From NCBI GenBank assembly GCA_044867525.1, contig JBIOVB010000024.1, positions 2,472 through 66,471 of the forward strand: DNA of 64,000 nt. The letters are read 5' to 3'. Positions 1 through 10,375 of this stretch are shown one piece after another. Under the pieces are notes generated by a model. The model was not told where the DNA came from. It was given only the letters and a program-made list of their open reading frames with translations, and made no database searches. Numbering within the stretch: position 1 is the stretch's first letter; every line of letters begins with the position of its first letter. The translations under genes were made by a program, and so were the position numbers. This DNA is from Acidimicrobiia bacterium (lineage in GTDB: Bacteria > Actinomycetota > Acidimicrobiia > Spongiisociales > ZC4RG35).

Positions 1-1
1 C

Positions 2-1384
2 ACCTTCCTGCTCCGCGATCTGCAACGGGAGGTCGCCGCCGCGCTGGAGCAGGAACGAGAGGAGCTGCAGACTTTGGCGAGTGGGCACAACCCTCTGACC
101 GGGGAGCGGTTCGGCGAGGATGTTCAGGCCATCTTCGACACCTTCCTCCGCCGCAATCTCCCCGAGGAAGGAGAGGTGTACATCGCCCTCCTCGACGGGG
201 AGTTCTACCGGACCACACCGGCCCCGCTCCGGCTCGACGCCAACCCGGACCTGGTCGTCCGGTGGGGGGCGCTGGCTACCGGGGAGCGCGGTGAGATCGG
301 CACCGAAGCAGGGCCGGTCACCTATCTGGCGGTTCCCCTGCTCTACGACGGGATCACCCGCGGCGTCTTCGTGATCGCCAACTTCACCCAGGGCGAGCGT
401 GAAGAGATCGAATCCGCCGTCCGCGTAGAGGCAGTCGTCAGCGGCTTCGTTCTCCTCGTGGTCACCCTGGTCGCTTGGCTTCTCTCCGGTCGCCTGCTCA
501 AACCGATCCAGGACCTGACCGAGACCGCCGAAGCGATAAGTGACAGCGATCTCACCCGCCGGATCCCGGTCGAAGGCGACGACGAGATCTCCCGGCTCGC
601 CCAGACCTTCAACGAGATGCTGGACCGAGTAGAGGGGTCGTTCACTGCGCAGCGGAGGTTCACCGACGACGCCGGACACGAGCTGCGCACCCCGATCACA
701 ATCATCAGGGGTCACCTCGACCTGCTCGGCGACGACCCTGAGGAGCGCAAGGAAACGATGGCGATCGTCGACGACGAGTTGAGCCGGATGGCCCGGATCG
801 TCGACGACCTGCTCGTCCTGGCCAAGGCGCAACAACCCGACTTCCTCCGCCGTGAGCTGGTGGAATTGACCGATCTGACCACCGAGTTGCTGGTCAAAGG
901 ACGGGCTCTCGGGCATCGTGACTGGCGGCTCGACGCCTACGCCGAGGGTGTCGTCAACGCCGACCCCCACCGGATGACCCAGGCCATGCTCAACTTGGCC
1001 CGCAATGCCGTCGAGCACACCCCGCCAGGTGCCGAGATCGGGCTGGGAAGCGCCTGGTCGGACGACGGTGTGCGTCTCTGGGTGCGGGACACTGGTGTTG
1101 GCATCGACCCCAGAGAGCAGGAACGCATCTTCGACCGCTTCGCCCGGGGGCGGGCGGGACGCAGGTCGGAGGGAGCCGGCCTCGGCCTGTCCATCGTCCG
1201 CACCATCGCCCTGGCTCACGGTGGTCGAGTGGAGGTGGTGAGCGAACCGGGAGAAGGTGCCACGTTCACCATGATCCTCCCCGGCGCGCCGCCCTCCGAG
1301 GCACCAACAGTCATCCTGAAGACCGACTTGGGGACTCCGCCGGATCCTGTCGATCAAGACGCGACCAAGGAGATCGTGACATGA
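2..1384 (+). CDS. Sensor histidine kinase (HAMP/HisKA/HATPase_c); 5' end probably outside the window
   Basis: Frame stays open back to base 2. H-box DAGHELRTPIT; ATPase boxes LARNAVEHT, DTGVGI, GLGLSIV. Stop overlaps the next start (ATGA at 1381). Confidence 0.9.
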   Translation, partial: TFLLRDLQREVAAALEQEREELQTLASGHNPLTGERFGEDVQAIFDTFLRRNLPEEGEVYIALLDGEFYRTTPAPLRLDANPDLVVRWGALATGERGEIGTEAGPVTYLAVPLLYDGITRGVFVIANFTQGEREEIESAVRVEAVVSGFVLLVVTLVAWLLSGRLLKPIQDLTETAEAISDSDLTRRIPVEGDDEISRLAQTFNEMLDRVEGSFTAQRRFTDDAGHELRTPITIIRGHLDLLGDDPEERKETMAIVDDELSRMARIVDDLLVLAKAQQPDFLRRELVELTDLTTELLVKGRALGHRDWRLDAYAEGVVNADPHRMTQAMLNLARNAVEHTPPGAEIGLGSAWSDDGVRLWVRDTGVGIDPREQERIFDRFARGRAGRRSEGAGLGLSIVRTIALAHGGRVEVVSEPGEGATFTMILPGAPPSEAPTVILKTDLGTPPDPVDQDATKEIVT

Positions 1385-2034
1385 CCCGGATCCTGATCGT
1401 CGAGGACGAGTCCCGGATCGCCTCATTCCTCGAGAAGGGGCTGAAGGCTCAGGGTTACTCCACCTTCGTCGTCGACACCGGCCGGATGGCGGCCTCGGTG
1501 GCGCGCGACGGGAACTTCGACCTGATGATCCTCGATCTCGGTCTCCCCGACATCGACGGTCTCGAGGCATTGCAGGAGATCCGAAGACAGGGCGAAGGTC
1601 TTCCGGTGATCATCCTCACTGCCCGACCGGACGCCACCGTCGCCGGCTTCGAGACCGGCGCCGACGACTATGTCACCAAGCCCTTCAGACTCGACGAGCT
1701 CGTCGCCCGCATCCGAGCCCGGCTTCGAACCAAGTCCGAGAACATCACAGGTCTCACCGTCGGGGACATCAGCCTCGACATACGCACCCGCCGGGCAACG
1801 ACCGGCAACACCGAGGTAGAGCTCACCGCGCGCGAGTTCGCCATGCTCGAGACCTTTATGCGTCACCCCGACCAGGTGCTGTCCAGAGAGCAGCTCTTAT
1901 CCCACGTCTGGGGTTACGACTTCGATCCCGGCTCAAATGTGGTCGAGGTCTACATCCGCGCCCTGCGCAAGAAGCTGGGCGACCACGTTGTCGACACCGT
2001 GCGGGGAATGGGCTACCGCATGCGCAAAGGGTGA
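1381..2034 (+). CDS. OmpR-family response regulator (receiver + winged helix)
   Basis: ILIVEDE, LMILDLGLPDIDG, DDYVTKPF, and C-terminal LTAREFAMLE...VRGMGYR. Confidence 0.93.
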   Translation: MTRILIVEDESRIASFLEKGLKAQGYSTFVVDTGRMAASVARDGNFDLMILDLGLPDIDGLEALQEIRRQGEGLPVIILTARPDATVAGFETGADDYVTKPFRLDELVARIRARLRTKSENITGLTVGDISLDIRTRRATTGNTEVELTAREFAMLETFMRHPDQVLSREQLLSHVWGYDFDPGSNVVEVYIRALRKKLGDHVVDTVRGMGYRMRKG

Positions 2035-2238
2035 GGCGTCTCGTCTCGTCGATGCATCGGCTTTGCCGTGGCTCCGGTCGAACTCCCTGATGAGATCCGG
2101 AGAATCAGACGGTGTGAGAGAGCGCCTCACTTTGGATCATCCAGCATTGAGCGCTGTGCGGAAAACAGGTGATTCTCCCCATGCTTCTCAACCGTCGTTT
2201 CGGCATTCTGGCGGGAGCCCGAGACGAAAGGAGCAGAC

Positions 2239-2655
2239 ATGTCTCAGGAGAACAAGGAACTGGTCCGCAGGTGGTTTGAGGCTCTGAGCCGCCACGACGT
2301 CGAGTCAGTCGCCGACATGGTGGCCGAAGACTTCATCCACAACAGCTCGACCAACCAGGGTCGCGACGGTGTTCGAGGGGAACTCGATTATTGGTTCAGC
2401 GCATTCCCTGATGCCTCGTTGTCGTTGGAGGATCTCATTGCCGACGGCGACCGGGTCGTGGCGAGGGTTACCACCACTGGAACCCATGGTGGCGAGTTCA
2501 TGGGTGCGGCTGCCACGGGAAAGCGGATTTCGGTCGAGGAGGTCGACATTTTCCGCATTGAGAACGGCAGGATCGCCGAGGCGTGGGCGGCTGTCGACTT
2601 CTTCGGCATGCTCACCCAACTCGGGCTGCTACCTGCGGAGGAGCCCGTCGGCTGA
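2239..2655 (+). CDS. SnoaL-like ester cyclase family protein
   Basis: N-terminus NKELVRRWFEAL, then GTHGGEFMG...GKRISVEEVDIFRIENGRIAE. AAAGGAG Shine-Dalgarno sequence (SD) upstream. Confidence 0.8.
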   Translation: MSQENKELVRRWFEALSRHDVESVADMVAEDFIHNSSTNQGRDGVRGELDYWFSAFPDASLSLEDLIADGDRVVARVTTTGTHGGEFMGAAATGKRISVEEVDIFRIENGRIAEAWAAVDFFGMLTQLGLLPAEEPVG

Positions 2656-2667
2656 CGTCCCGCCGGG

Positions 2668-4335
2668 CTAGGAAGAGAACGAGGAGTCGGGACCGTGGCG
2701 TAGCACATGTGCTGCCGCCTCGGTCCGGCTTCTCAGATTCAGCTTCATCAGAATGTTGCTCACGTGGTTGCCCGCTGTCTTGGTGCTGATGAACAGGCGC
2801 TGGGCGATCTCGGCGTTGGTAAGCCCCTCGGAGAGAAGCCCCAGAATCTCGAGTTCTCTCCTAGTTAGACGCCCGACGCCCTTGGGACCGACTCTCCCTC
2901 GCTCACCCAGCGATCGAAGCAGGGCGTCCGCCCGGTCAGCCTGACGGACGGCCCCAACCTTCTCAAATCCCGCTGATGCGGCTCGGACTTCGTCGACAGC
3001 GACCTCGGTCTGACCGGAAGCTGCGAGAGCCTCCCCCAGATCCAGGCGGGCCGACCCGGCGTCGATTCGCATCTTCAGACGATCAAACCGCTCGACCGCC
3101 GACCGGAGGGCATCGACAGCCTCGGTCCCGTTCCCCTGCGCTAGGAGAACCCGACCAGCCGCCAGATCGCTTTCAGCCAGGGTGCGATCGTCACCTGCAC
3201 GTTTTGCAAGTGTTTCGATCGAAAGCGCCGAAGCGATGGCACCATCGAGATCGCCGCGGGCGATCTGGACCGTGACCAACATCGCCAGAAATGGGGCCGC
3301 ACCCAGCGAGTCGGCTCCCAGTTTCCGTAGCCAGCGATGAAGCACCGAAGCCGCGGGCGCCAGTTCGCCTCTCTCTAGGTGGAGCGACACCACCGGGCGG
3401 ATCGACTCCGGTCTGGTTTCGATCCCGGATAGGAGCCGTTCTGCCTCCTCGAACCGTCCCTGGGAGATCCTCAGGTCCGCCAGGCGAGCTCGCGGGTCGA
3501 CACACCTGGCCTCATGGCCCCCATCTTCGAGTTTTTCGATGGTCCAGATCAGCCATTTCTCCGCCGAGGCAAGGTCGCCGCGGGCAGCGAGCACCCCAGC
3601 ACAACACGATCCGCAGAAGGCAAGGAGCGGCGGGTAAGGCCGTATCTCCAAGAACTGCTCCGCAACTCTGCCCCACTGCTCCAGCCGTCTTCCGTCGAGG
3701 GCTGCCTCACATGCGGCCACCATGTCGCAACACGTTTCGGCAAATGTCTCGGGTTTTTCAGCTTCACCAGCAGTGGCAGCGGCCATCGCCTCATCGAGAC
3801 GCAGCATCCCCTCATCTACTCGACCTGACCGAACCAGGGCCAACCCCGACTTCGCCAACGCTCGTATCTCCAGCTCGGCATCCCCGAACTTTCTGGCGGT
3901 CAACAAGGCCTCATCTGCGTAGTCAGCCATCCGCACCGGATCGGTCTCCAGGCCGCTTCGAGCCAGGGACAGCCAGCCCGACCCCGACGACGACGCTCCG
4001 TCGAGTAGACGTTCGGCGCGGCCCAACCAGCCTCCCGCAATCGCCTCATGGCCTGGGCTCGCCGCGTGCTCCAATCCAAGCCAAATAGCCACCCGTGCCG
4101 CCTCATCCACACGACCGGCCTTCCGGTATGTCGAATATGCACGGGCACGAGTCGCAAGCGCCTCCCCTGTCTCACCCATCCACCACAACGCCCGACCCAG
4201 GCCATCCATCGCCTCGGGATTGGCTGAATCGGCGAGAGAGGCTTCGAAGGCATCCCGGGCCGCGGCCCATCGGGAGGAAAGGAGCGCCTCCTGTCCCTCG
4301 GCCAGATGATCGACTACATCCGAAACTGACATCAA
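2668..4335 (-). CDS. LuxR-family transcriptional regulator with long TPR-like N-terminal region
   Basis: C-terminal [46 protein letters not shown]. Ala/Leu-rich helical repeats upstream of it. Confidence 0.85.
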   Translation of the reverse strand: MMSVSDVVDHLAEGQEALLSSRWAAARDAFEASLADSANPEAMDGLGRALWWMGETGEALATRARAYSTYRKAGRVDEAARVAIWLGLEHAASPGHEAIAGGWLGRAERLLDGASSSGSGWLSLARSGLETDPVRMADYADEALLTARKFGDAELEIRALAKSGLALVRSGRVDEGMLRLDEAMAAATAGEAEKPETFAETCCDMVAACEAALDGRRLEQWGRVAEQFLEIRPYPPLLAFCGSCCAGVLAARGDLASAEKWLIWTIEKLEDGGHEARCVDPRARLADLRISQGRFEEAERLLSGIETRPESIRPVVSLHLERGELAPAASVLHRWLRKLGADSLGAAPFLAMLVTVQIARGDLDGAIASALSIETLAKRAGDDRTLAESDLAAGRVLLAQGNGTEAVDALRSAVERFDRLKMRIDAGSARLDLGEALAASGQTEVAVDEVRAASAGFEKVGAVRQADRADALLRSLGERGRVGPKGVGRLTRRELEILGLLSEGLTNAEIAQRLFISTKTAGNHVSNILMKLNLRSRTEAAAHVLRHGPDSSFSS

Positions 4336-4461
4336 ACGGATACTGCCCGACCAAGGCTTGGCATTTGCACCCGACGGCTCCTCCTGATGGCTCGGGCAAG
4401 TCCCCGGTGGTGCCCCCCGCCACCCGGGGTCCCGATCACACCCGTGAGGTAGCGTCGGAGG

Positions 4462-5124
4462 GTGACCTTACGAGAAGAGCTTGCCGAGCGAGCATCCCGA
4501 GGATGGGCAAACCTCCCGCCTGAACGGCGCGCCATGTACGAGAGGGCTGCGGCCGCCCTCGAAGCCAGCGGAATCTCGAGTCGAGCACTTGGGGAGGGTG
4601 ACACCGCACCCGATTTCGAGCTTCCAGACCCAACCGGGCGCATCATTCGGCTGAGAGACCTGAGAGCCGACGGACCGGTGATCATCTCCTTCTATCGAGG
4701 GCAATGGTGCCCATTCTGCAACCTGGAGCTGCGCGGCCTGCAGCGGGCGCTCGAAGACGTCGAGGCGGCCGGGGCGACGCTGGTGGCCATCTCCCCGAAC
4801 ACGCCGGACGTCACGTCCAACACGGTTGAGGAGCTCGAATTGGAGTACCCGGTTCTCTCAGACCACGACAATCAGGTGGCCAGAATGTTCAACCTCGTCT
4901 ACGAGATGACTCCTGAGAACATCGAGTTGTACCGCGAGATCGACCGCGACATCGGGACCCTCAACGGCACCGGAAAATGGGAGCTACCGGTCCCCGCGAC
5001 ATATGTCATCGACAGTCGCGGAACCATCAGATACGCCTTTGTTGATCTCAACCATCGCCGACGAGCAGAACCCTCCGAGGTTGCCGCAATAGCGGCGGAC
5101 CTGGCCCGGTCAGCGGACGTCTGA
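4462..5124 (+). CDS. Peroxiredoxin-like (AhpC/TSA, thioredoxin-fold) protein
   Basis: PDFELPD...[18 protein letters not shown] motif. GTG start. Confidence 0.85.
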   Translation: MTLREELAERASRGWANLPPERRAMYERAAAALEASGISSRALGEGDTAPDFELPDPTGRIIRLRDLRADGPVIISFYRGQWCPFCNLELRGLQRALEDVEAAGATLVAISPNTPDVTSNTVEELELEYPVLSDHDNQVARMFNLVYEMTPENIELYREIDRDIGTLNGTGKWELPVPATYVIDSRGTIRYAFVDLNHRRRAEPSEVAAIAADLARSADV

Positions 5125-5323
5125 AGCCAGGCCCCCTACAACCACCCGGCAGCCGTCTGATGCAGAGGCCGCCAACTCGCCTTTTGTTCACCTTCGAGGT
5201 AGAGGCCTCGGGTGGGAACACCGGTGCGGTCGAGATTCGTGTCCTGGAGGGATGAGAAGCTCTAATCCGATGGCTCATGGCGACCCGGTCCGTCAGCCAA
5301 GCCATTCGAGTGCCGGCACTGTG

Positions 5324-6016
5324 TCACGGCCGGGTAGCCATAAGCAGGTCGGCTAGTTCGCCCAGGTGGCGAACAACGATGGCAGGACGGGGATCCGGCA
5401 CGCCCCACACCGAGCCCTCGCGTTCGACGAAGGCTCCCTCCATTCCCGCGGCTCGCGCGCCAATGATGTCCCAATCGTGAGCCGCCACCATGATGGCTTG
5501 ACCGGCTGCGATCCCCATCTCTGTCATCGCGTAGGAGTACACCTCGGGCGCCGGCTTGAACCGGGCTACGGCCTCCACTGTCAGCGGACGCTCAAACCAC
5601 CGGTCCAACCCGGCTTGGGTCAGTTGAGCGAGCGCCATCTCACTGGATCCATTGGTCAACGTGGCCAGGCGAAACCCGGCCGTAGACAACCGTGCCAGGG
5701 CTGGCGCCACGTCGGGATGCGGAGGCAGGTGGCGAAGGTTCGAATCGAGCTCGGTGACAAGCTCCTGGCTGATGGGAATGCCCCTTTTCTTGCCCAAAAC
5801 GGTCAACGCCTCGCCGCCGATTGTGCCGAAAGGCCGATAGCAGTTCGTATGGTTGGCGACCAGCGATCCGTGGAGCAATCGTGCGAACCACTCTCCCATC
5901 GGTTCAGATGATCCGAAAACCCGGGCAAAGTACGTTCGCAACGGACTCATGTCGAGGAGAGTCTCGTTTACATCGAATATGAGTACTTGCGGATCTTCGA
6001 CCATCGGGTCACCCAA
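5324..6016 (-). CDS. HAD-superfamily hydrolase, haloacid dehalogenase type II-like
   Basis: LIFDVNETLLDM nucleophile motif, LTNGS, AAHDWDI. Confidence 0.85.
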   Translation of the reverse strand: MGDPMVEDPQVLIFDVNETLLDMSPLRTYFARVFGSSEPMGEWFARLLHGSLVANHTNCYRPFGTIGGEALTVLGKKRGIPISQELVTELDSNLRHLPPHPDVAPALARLSTAGFRLATLTNGSSEMALAQLTQAGLDRWFERPLTVEAVARFKPAPEVYSYAMTEMGIAAGQAIMVAAHDWDIIGARAAGMEGAFVEREGSVWGVPDPRPAIVVRHLGELADLLMATRP

Positions 6017-6262
6017 TCAATCGTCCCAGTCTCAACCCGGTGATCCCTGGCTGCATCGAGGCTGATTTTCTCCGTCGGCTGCGGCCAGCGGCGTGCTCCA
6101 GCACTTGAATCCGATCACAGTCACCTTCCATTCGAACGAGCCTGGTCTGGGATAGGTCGTCGACGCCGATGACGTGGGCTCGGATCGTCCTCGATCCCTT
6201 TCCCGGGCCCTCGACGATCACGTCAGAAGAGTACTCGCCAAGCTGCTCGCATTGTGAGTAAT

Positions 6263-6274
6263 CTGTGATCACAG
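6263..6274. promoter_or_regulatory. Perfect 12-bp palindrome CTGTGATCACAG 3 nt upstream of the padR ATG; candidate autoregulatory operator
   Basis: Read directly from the sequence. TGTGAGTA at 6253-6260 lies beside it. Confidence 0.45.
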
Positions 6275-6277
6275 AGT

Positions 6278-6970
6278 ATGGCCAAGGCATCACTGACGAC
6301 CTACGGGCTGTTAGGCATGCTCGCCGTTCGATCGTGGACGGGTTACGAGTTGACCCAGCAGCTCCGCAGATCCCTCCGTTTCGTCTGGTCATCATCGGAG
6401 GGCCATCTCTACCGCGAACAGAAGCGACTGGTCGACCTGGGATGGGCACGTCTCGAGCGAGAACTGTCGGGTGGGAGAAAGCGAAACCGATACACGATCA
6501 CTCCGGCTGGGGAGGCGGCATTACGCGACTGGTTGAGCACCCCACCCGAAGAGCCCCATTTCGAGATCGAAGGGCTTCTCCGGGCCTTCTACGGTGATCG
6601 TGGCACCACGGACGAACTTGGTTCGTCCCTGAGAACGACCGCAGAATCGGCTCGAGCGATGCTCAGCGAGCTTCTCAGCTTCGTCGACGAATACCTGGAG
6701 CCAGGGGGGCCTTTGTGGATGCTCGAGCACGGTGTTGGGGGATCCGGCCAAGAGCGCCTCGAGTTCCATGGCCGAGCCATGTTTCCCGAGCGACTCCATG
6801 TTGTTGCTCTGGTCCAAGATGCAATCACTCGTCTTCTGGGTGATCTCGAGACCTTCTGCGCATCGGCCGCCGACGAGGTCGCCTCCTGGCCCTCAACCAG
6901 GGATGCTTCGCTGACCGCTGCCACACGCGCACGACTCGAAGCGATTAGAGACAGACACCTTCCCATTTGA
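6278..6970 (+). CDS. PadR-family transcriptional regulator
   Basis: GYELTQQLRRSLRFVWSSSEGHLYREQKRLVDLGWA winged-helix signature. Confidence 0.85.
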   Translation: MAKASLTTYGLLGMLAVRSWTGYELTQQLRRSLRFVWSSSEGHLYREQKRLVDLGWARLERELSGGRKRNRYTITPAGEAALRDWLSTPPEEPHFEIEGLLRAFYGDRGTTDELGSSLRTTAESARAMLSELLSFVDEYLEPGGPLWMLEHGVGGSGQERLEFHGRAMFPERLHVVALVQDAITRLLGDLETFCASAADEVASWPSTRDASLTAATRARLEAIRDRHLPI

Positions 6971-7023
6971 GCATTACCAACCCACCCGCCGCCCAGCGCG
7001 GCCTGTGGCCCCAAGTCGACATC

Positions 7024-7052
7024 TTGACATCTGCTATCGGTGCGAGTATCAT
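7024..7052 (+). promoter_or_regulatory. Sigma70-like promoter TTGACA-N17-TATCAT upstream of the cupin/monooxygenase genes
   Basis: TTGACA at 7024-7029 and TATCAT at 7047-7052, in a locally AT-rich patch of otherwise GC-rich DNA. Confidence 0.55.
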
Positions 7053-7069
7053 ACTCATATTGCGAGTAT
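7041..7069. promoter_or_regulatory. Direct repeat TGCGAGTAT x2 (7041-7049, 7061-7069) plus palindrome GAGTATCATACTC (7044-7056) overlapping the -10 box; candidate operator
   Basis: Read directly from the sequence. A related TGTGAGTA is present at the padR promoter. Confidence 0.45.
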
Positions 7070-7116
7070 AGGGCGGTGGAGTCCTTTGGGTCGATTCGCA
7101 GTTGAAGGAGGACGAG

Positions 7117-7479
7117 ATGGGGTTCAAGGTCGATGAGCTACCGATCGAGGTCCAGCAGGGGGACCTGGTCACGCGCTACCGCGAGTTTGGAGACATGGCG
7201 ATCCGCTACGCAGAGGTGCCCGCAGGCGCTGACCTCGCACCGGTTCTGAAGGGCTTGCCGGGTGACAGGTGCCCCAGCCCCCACTGGGGAATAGTGCTGG
7301 AGGGCTCGATCCACCTCGAGCACGCCGATGGGACGGGGGAGCGAGTCGACGTCGGCGAAGTCTACTACTGGCCCGAGGGACATACCGCCTGGACCGACCA
7401 GGCCGTCGTGTTCATCGAGGTCGGCCCGGTGGCCCCGATGCGCCAGTTCAGCGAGCACGCCAAGAAGGCTCTCACCTGA
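7117..7479 (+). CDS. Cupin-domain protein
   Basis: ATG at 7117 preceded by GAAGGAGG. Small beta-barrel-like sequence with HWG...LEG..HLEH. Confidence 0.7.
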   Translation: MGFKVDELPIEVQQGDLVTRYREFGDMAIRYAEVPAGADLAPVLKGLPGDRCPSPHWGIVLEGSIHLEHADGTGERVDVGEVYYWPEGHTAWTDQAVVFIEVGPVAPMRQFSEHAKKALT

Positions 7480-7487
7480 AAGGCGCC

Positions 7488-8717
7488 GTGCAGAGTCGTG
7501 ACGTTGAGGTTGTCTTGGTCGGTGGTGGGATCGCGGGTTCCGCACTCGGTCGCGCTCTGGCCACCTCAGGCATCGATGTACTGATCCTGGAGAAGACACG
7601 CGAATTTGCTGATGAGAACCGCGGGGAGCTGATGTGGCCCTGGGGGGTGGCCGAAGCGAAGCGGCTGGACGTGTTCGAAATCCTCGTCGCGGCGGGTGCG
7701 CGAACAATCCCGACTGTTGCCGAATTCGACGAAATCTCTGAGGAAGTGCAGGTGACCCTTCGGGGCTGCGTTGATGGCATCGATGGCAGCCTCAACATTC
7801 GTCATCCCGTTGCCCGTCAAGCCCTTATGGATGCGGCCGAAGCTGGTGGAGCGGTGATTCGGAGGAGCGTCTCGACGGTTTCGGTCGACATCGGAGCACG
7901 GCCCTCCGTAAGTTGGACCGACGAGGAGGGAGAGCACCGACTGTCGGCAAGTTTCATAGTGGGCGCCGACGGCCGCCGATCGGTGGTCCAACGGCAGGCT
8001 GGTTTCGTGCCGAGACGCGCGCCCATCGAGCACTACTCGGCCGGTGCGCTCATCCGAGGGGCCGACATACCCGAAGACGTGAATACGGTGGCACGCGAGG
8101 GAGACAAGATGCTCATCTCATTCCCCCAAGGCCACGGGATGCATCGGACCTACCTCGTGTTCTCCACTGAGGCGAAGGGCAGATACATCGGACCTGCCGG
8201 TGAAGACCAGTTCCTCGCCGACTGTGCGCTCGAGTGTCTCCCGGGTAGCGAGGCGTGGGCAGGTGCTGAGTTGTTGCAGCCTCTCGGAACATTCCCTTGC
8301 GGCGACACATGGATTGATGAGCCAGTGCGAAACGGGGTGGCCCTGATTGGTGATGCCGGCGGTTACAACAACTTCCTGATCGGGCAGGGTCTTTCGTTGG
8401 CCATGCGTGACGCAGCAGAGCTCGCCGATCGACTTCGGGCCGGAGATTGGTCATCCGGCGCCTTGCGCTCCTACGGTCACGAGCGCTCGGAGCGGCTCGA
8501 ACGGGCTCGTATCCGAGCGGCGATGGCCGTGATGATCGAACGGGGCTTCCGCGACGACCCTCGAGGACGGGAGTGTTTCACGAAGTCGCTTGCAGGTAAC
8601 GAGCTCGTGGAGCTTGTCGGCGCGACCGTGTTCACAGGCGGGCACGACATTCCGCTGTCGGACTATCGAACGGTGTATGAGCAGTACCGAATGATCGAAG
8701 CATCACTGGCTGCCTAG
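7488..8717 (+). CDS. FAD-dependent monooxygenase (aromatic-ring hydroxylase-like)
   Basis: GTG at 7488 gives DVEVVLVGGGIAGSALGRAL (GxGxxG). Later IGDAGGYNNFLIGQGLSLAMRDA. The upstream part of the ORF overlaps the cupin gene and looks non-coding. Confidence 0.85.
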   Translation: MQSRDVEVVLVGGGIAGSALGRALATSGIDVLILEKTREFADENRGELMWPWGVAEAKRLDVFEILVAAGARTIPTVAEFDEISEEVQVTLRGCVDGIDGSLNIRHPVARQALMDAAEAGGAVIRRSVSTVSVDIGARPSVSWTDEEGEHRLSASFIVGADGRRSVVQRQAGFVPRRAPIEHYSAGALIRGADIPEDVNTVAREGDKMLISFPQGHGMHRTYLVFSTEAKGRYIGPAGEDQFLADCALECLPGSEAWAGAELLQPLGTFPCGDTWIDEPVRNGVALIGDAGGYNNFLIGQGLSLAMRDAAELADRLRAGDWSSGALRSYGHERSERLERARIRAAMAVMIERGFRDDPRGRECFTKSLAGNELVELVGATVFTGGHDIPLSDYRTVYEQYRMIEASLAA

Positions 8718-8723
8718 CCACAT

Positions 8724-9128
8724 CTAGAGGGCTTCGTACACGAACATCCCCTTGTCGAGGAGGGCGTGGTCGTCGGATTCCACCTCGAGGCCTCCGATCC
8801 CGATCGCTAACAATTCGGGGCCGAGGGGGTCGGTGTCGTGGTCCTCTGAGATGTCGGCGGCGTGGACGATCCGGGCGAGCCGGTCCAATGCCGGATCTTC
8901 TCCAAGTTCGAACTCGCCGATGAGGACTTCGAATGTGCATTTGCCGTCGCGGTGGGTGAACTCGGCTCCGGGGGCGTCAAAGGACCGTCCGTCGATCCTG
9001 GCGGCGGCGGCTAGCACCTGGTCGCGGGCGACGTAGATGATCTCGGCGTCGGGATCGATGAAACGGCGGATCAGCCAGGGGCAGGCGATGCGGTCGGTCT
9101 TGGGGCGGGCGCGTGTGACCCATTTCAT
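8724..9128 (-). CDS. Stand-alone ChrB C-terminal (chromate-resistance) domain protein
   Basis: Internal ATG at 9128 overlaps the MFS stop (ATGA). CPWLIRRFIDPDAE and IVHAADISED motifs are shared with the 10903-11319 product. Confidence 0.75.
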   Translation of the reverse strand: MKWVTRARPKTDRIACPWLIRRFIDPDAEIIYVARDQVLAAAARIDGRSFDAPGAEFTHRDGKCTFEVLIGEFELGEDPALDRLARIVHAADISEDHDTDPLGPELLAIGIGGLEVESDDHALLDKGMFVYEAL

Positions 9129-10336
9129 TGGGCGGTTTCCTGTCTCGTAGGTAGGGGGATGGTGCGGAACCAGGTCCACAGGGTGAGGTCGTAGACGCTT
9201 TTGAGGAGACCGGCGATGAGAAATGGTGCCCCGGCGGTGGACACGGTGAAGAGGGCTCCGGCGAGCAGCGGTCCGAAGGGCCGGACCAGATAGCGTGTGG
9301 TGTTGGTGTAGGCGGTGGCGGCAGTTCGTTCTTCGGGCTCGACGAGAGTCATCACGTAGGCCTGACGGGTGGGGATGTCCATCTGGGAGAGAGCCGATCG
9401 GGCGAGTAGGAGTCCGGCGGCGACAGGAAGGTTGGGGGCGAAGGCGACGGCGGCGAGTAACAGGTTGGAGGGCAGGTGGGTGAAGACCATGGTGTTGAGC
9501 AGACCCCAGTGGCGGGCGATCACCGGTGCCGCCAGGAATGAGGCGGTCTGGACCACACCGATGGCCGCGAACAGGATTCCGATTGCGCCGGTGGTTGCGC
9601 CATGACGGTCGATGAGCCAGAAGGCGATGAACGTCTGGACTACGAACCCACCGGCGAAGGCGTCGAGGCCGAAGAGACCGGCGAGAAGGGTGACAGCACG
9701 TCGTGACCGGTCTAGCCGTGCAGGCTTGCGACGCCCGTCCGTCAACTCGACCGACTGGCTGAGGCGGCGGGCGATGATCACCCCGCAGGCGGCGATCGGC
9801 ACCAGCAGAAGGAACCACGGCCGGTCGGCGGGGGCTCCGACGAACAGGGCGCGGGTGAGTTGGGGGACAGCCGCGGAGAGTGCTCCGAATGCACCGGCGG
9901 CGGCGGCGATGGCGTTGTACCAGCCGAACCCGGTCGCGAGGGCGTTGGAGTCGAGCCGTCCGGAGAGCATCGACAGCTCGAGCGTGGTGAACGGACCGGA
10001 CTCGATCACCTCGGCTGAGAGAGCGCCCGTCAGCGCCACCGCCACCAACACCCAGAGCGGGGCCGTGCTCGCATAGACCAGCCCCGACAGACCAAGCAAC
10101 AGATACAAGGTCAGATAGCTGCGACGACGGCCCCAGCCGTCGGCCCAGCGGGCGATGGCCAGTTGGGCGATGACGCTGCCTGCGACCAGCGCTCCCAGCA
10201 CCACGCCGACGTTGATCGCTGAGAGGCCACGTTCGGCCAGGGTTGAGGCCAACAGCACCGACCCCAACCCATAGCCGAAAGCACGCACCGCCTGCGAGCT
10301 CAGCACCAGGCGAACGTCGGGCTCCGAAAGTCTCAC
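9125..10336 (-). CDS. MFS transporter
   Basis: About 12 hydrophobic segments. WADGWGRRRS loop motif between TM2 and TM3. GTG start. Confidence 0.85.
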   Translation of the reverse strand: MRLSEPDVRLVLSSQAVRAFGYGLGSVLLASTLAERGLSAINVGVVLGALVAGSVIAQLAIARWADGWGRRRSYLTLYLLLGLSGLVYASTAPLWVLVAVALTGALSAEVIESGPFTTLELSMLSGRLDSNALATGFGWYNAIAAAAGAFGALSAAVPQLTRALFVGAPADRPWFLLLVPIAACGVIIARRLSQSVELTDGRRKPARLDRSRRAVTLLAGLFGLDAFAGGFVVQTFIAFWLIDRHGATTGAIGILFAAIGVVQTASFLAAPVIARHWGLLNTMVFTHLPSNLLLAAVAFAPNLPVAAGLLLARSALSQMDIPTRQAYVMTLVEPEERTAATAYTNTTRYLVRPFGPLLAGALFTVSTAGAPFLIAGLLKSVYDLTLWTWFRTIPLPTRQETAQ

Positions 10337-10375
10337 CGTTGGCTCGCTGAGAGCTTCACGTCACATCTCAGGACC

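Noticed and set aside
6009-6449. 146-aa minus-strand ORF across the HAD/padR divergent intergenic region
   Set aside because: It overlaps both neighbouring gene starts. GC3 bias is only moderate, there is no motif and no SD. A short real peptide in 6017-6277 cannot be excluded.
9129-9818. 5' extension of the 364-aa ORF that ends in the ChrB C-domain paralog
   Set aside because: It overlaps the MFS gene out of frame and has a Pro/Arg/His-rich translation. The internal ATG at 9128 gives an ATGA coupling and a protein that aligns end to end with its paralog.
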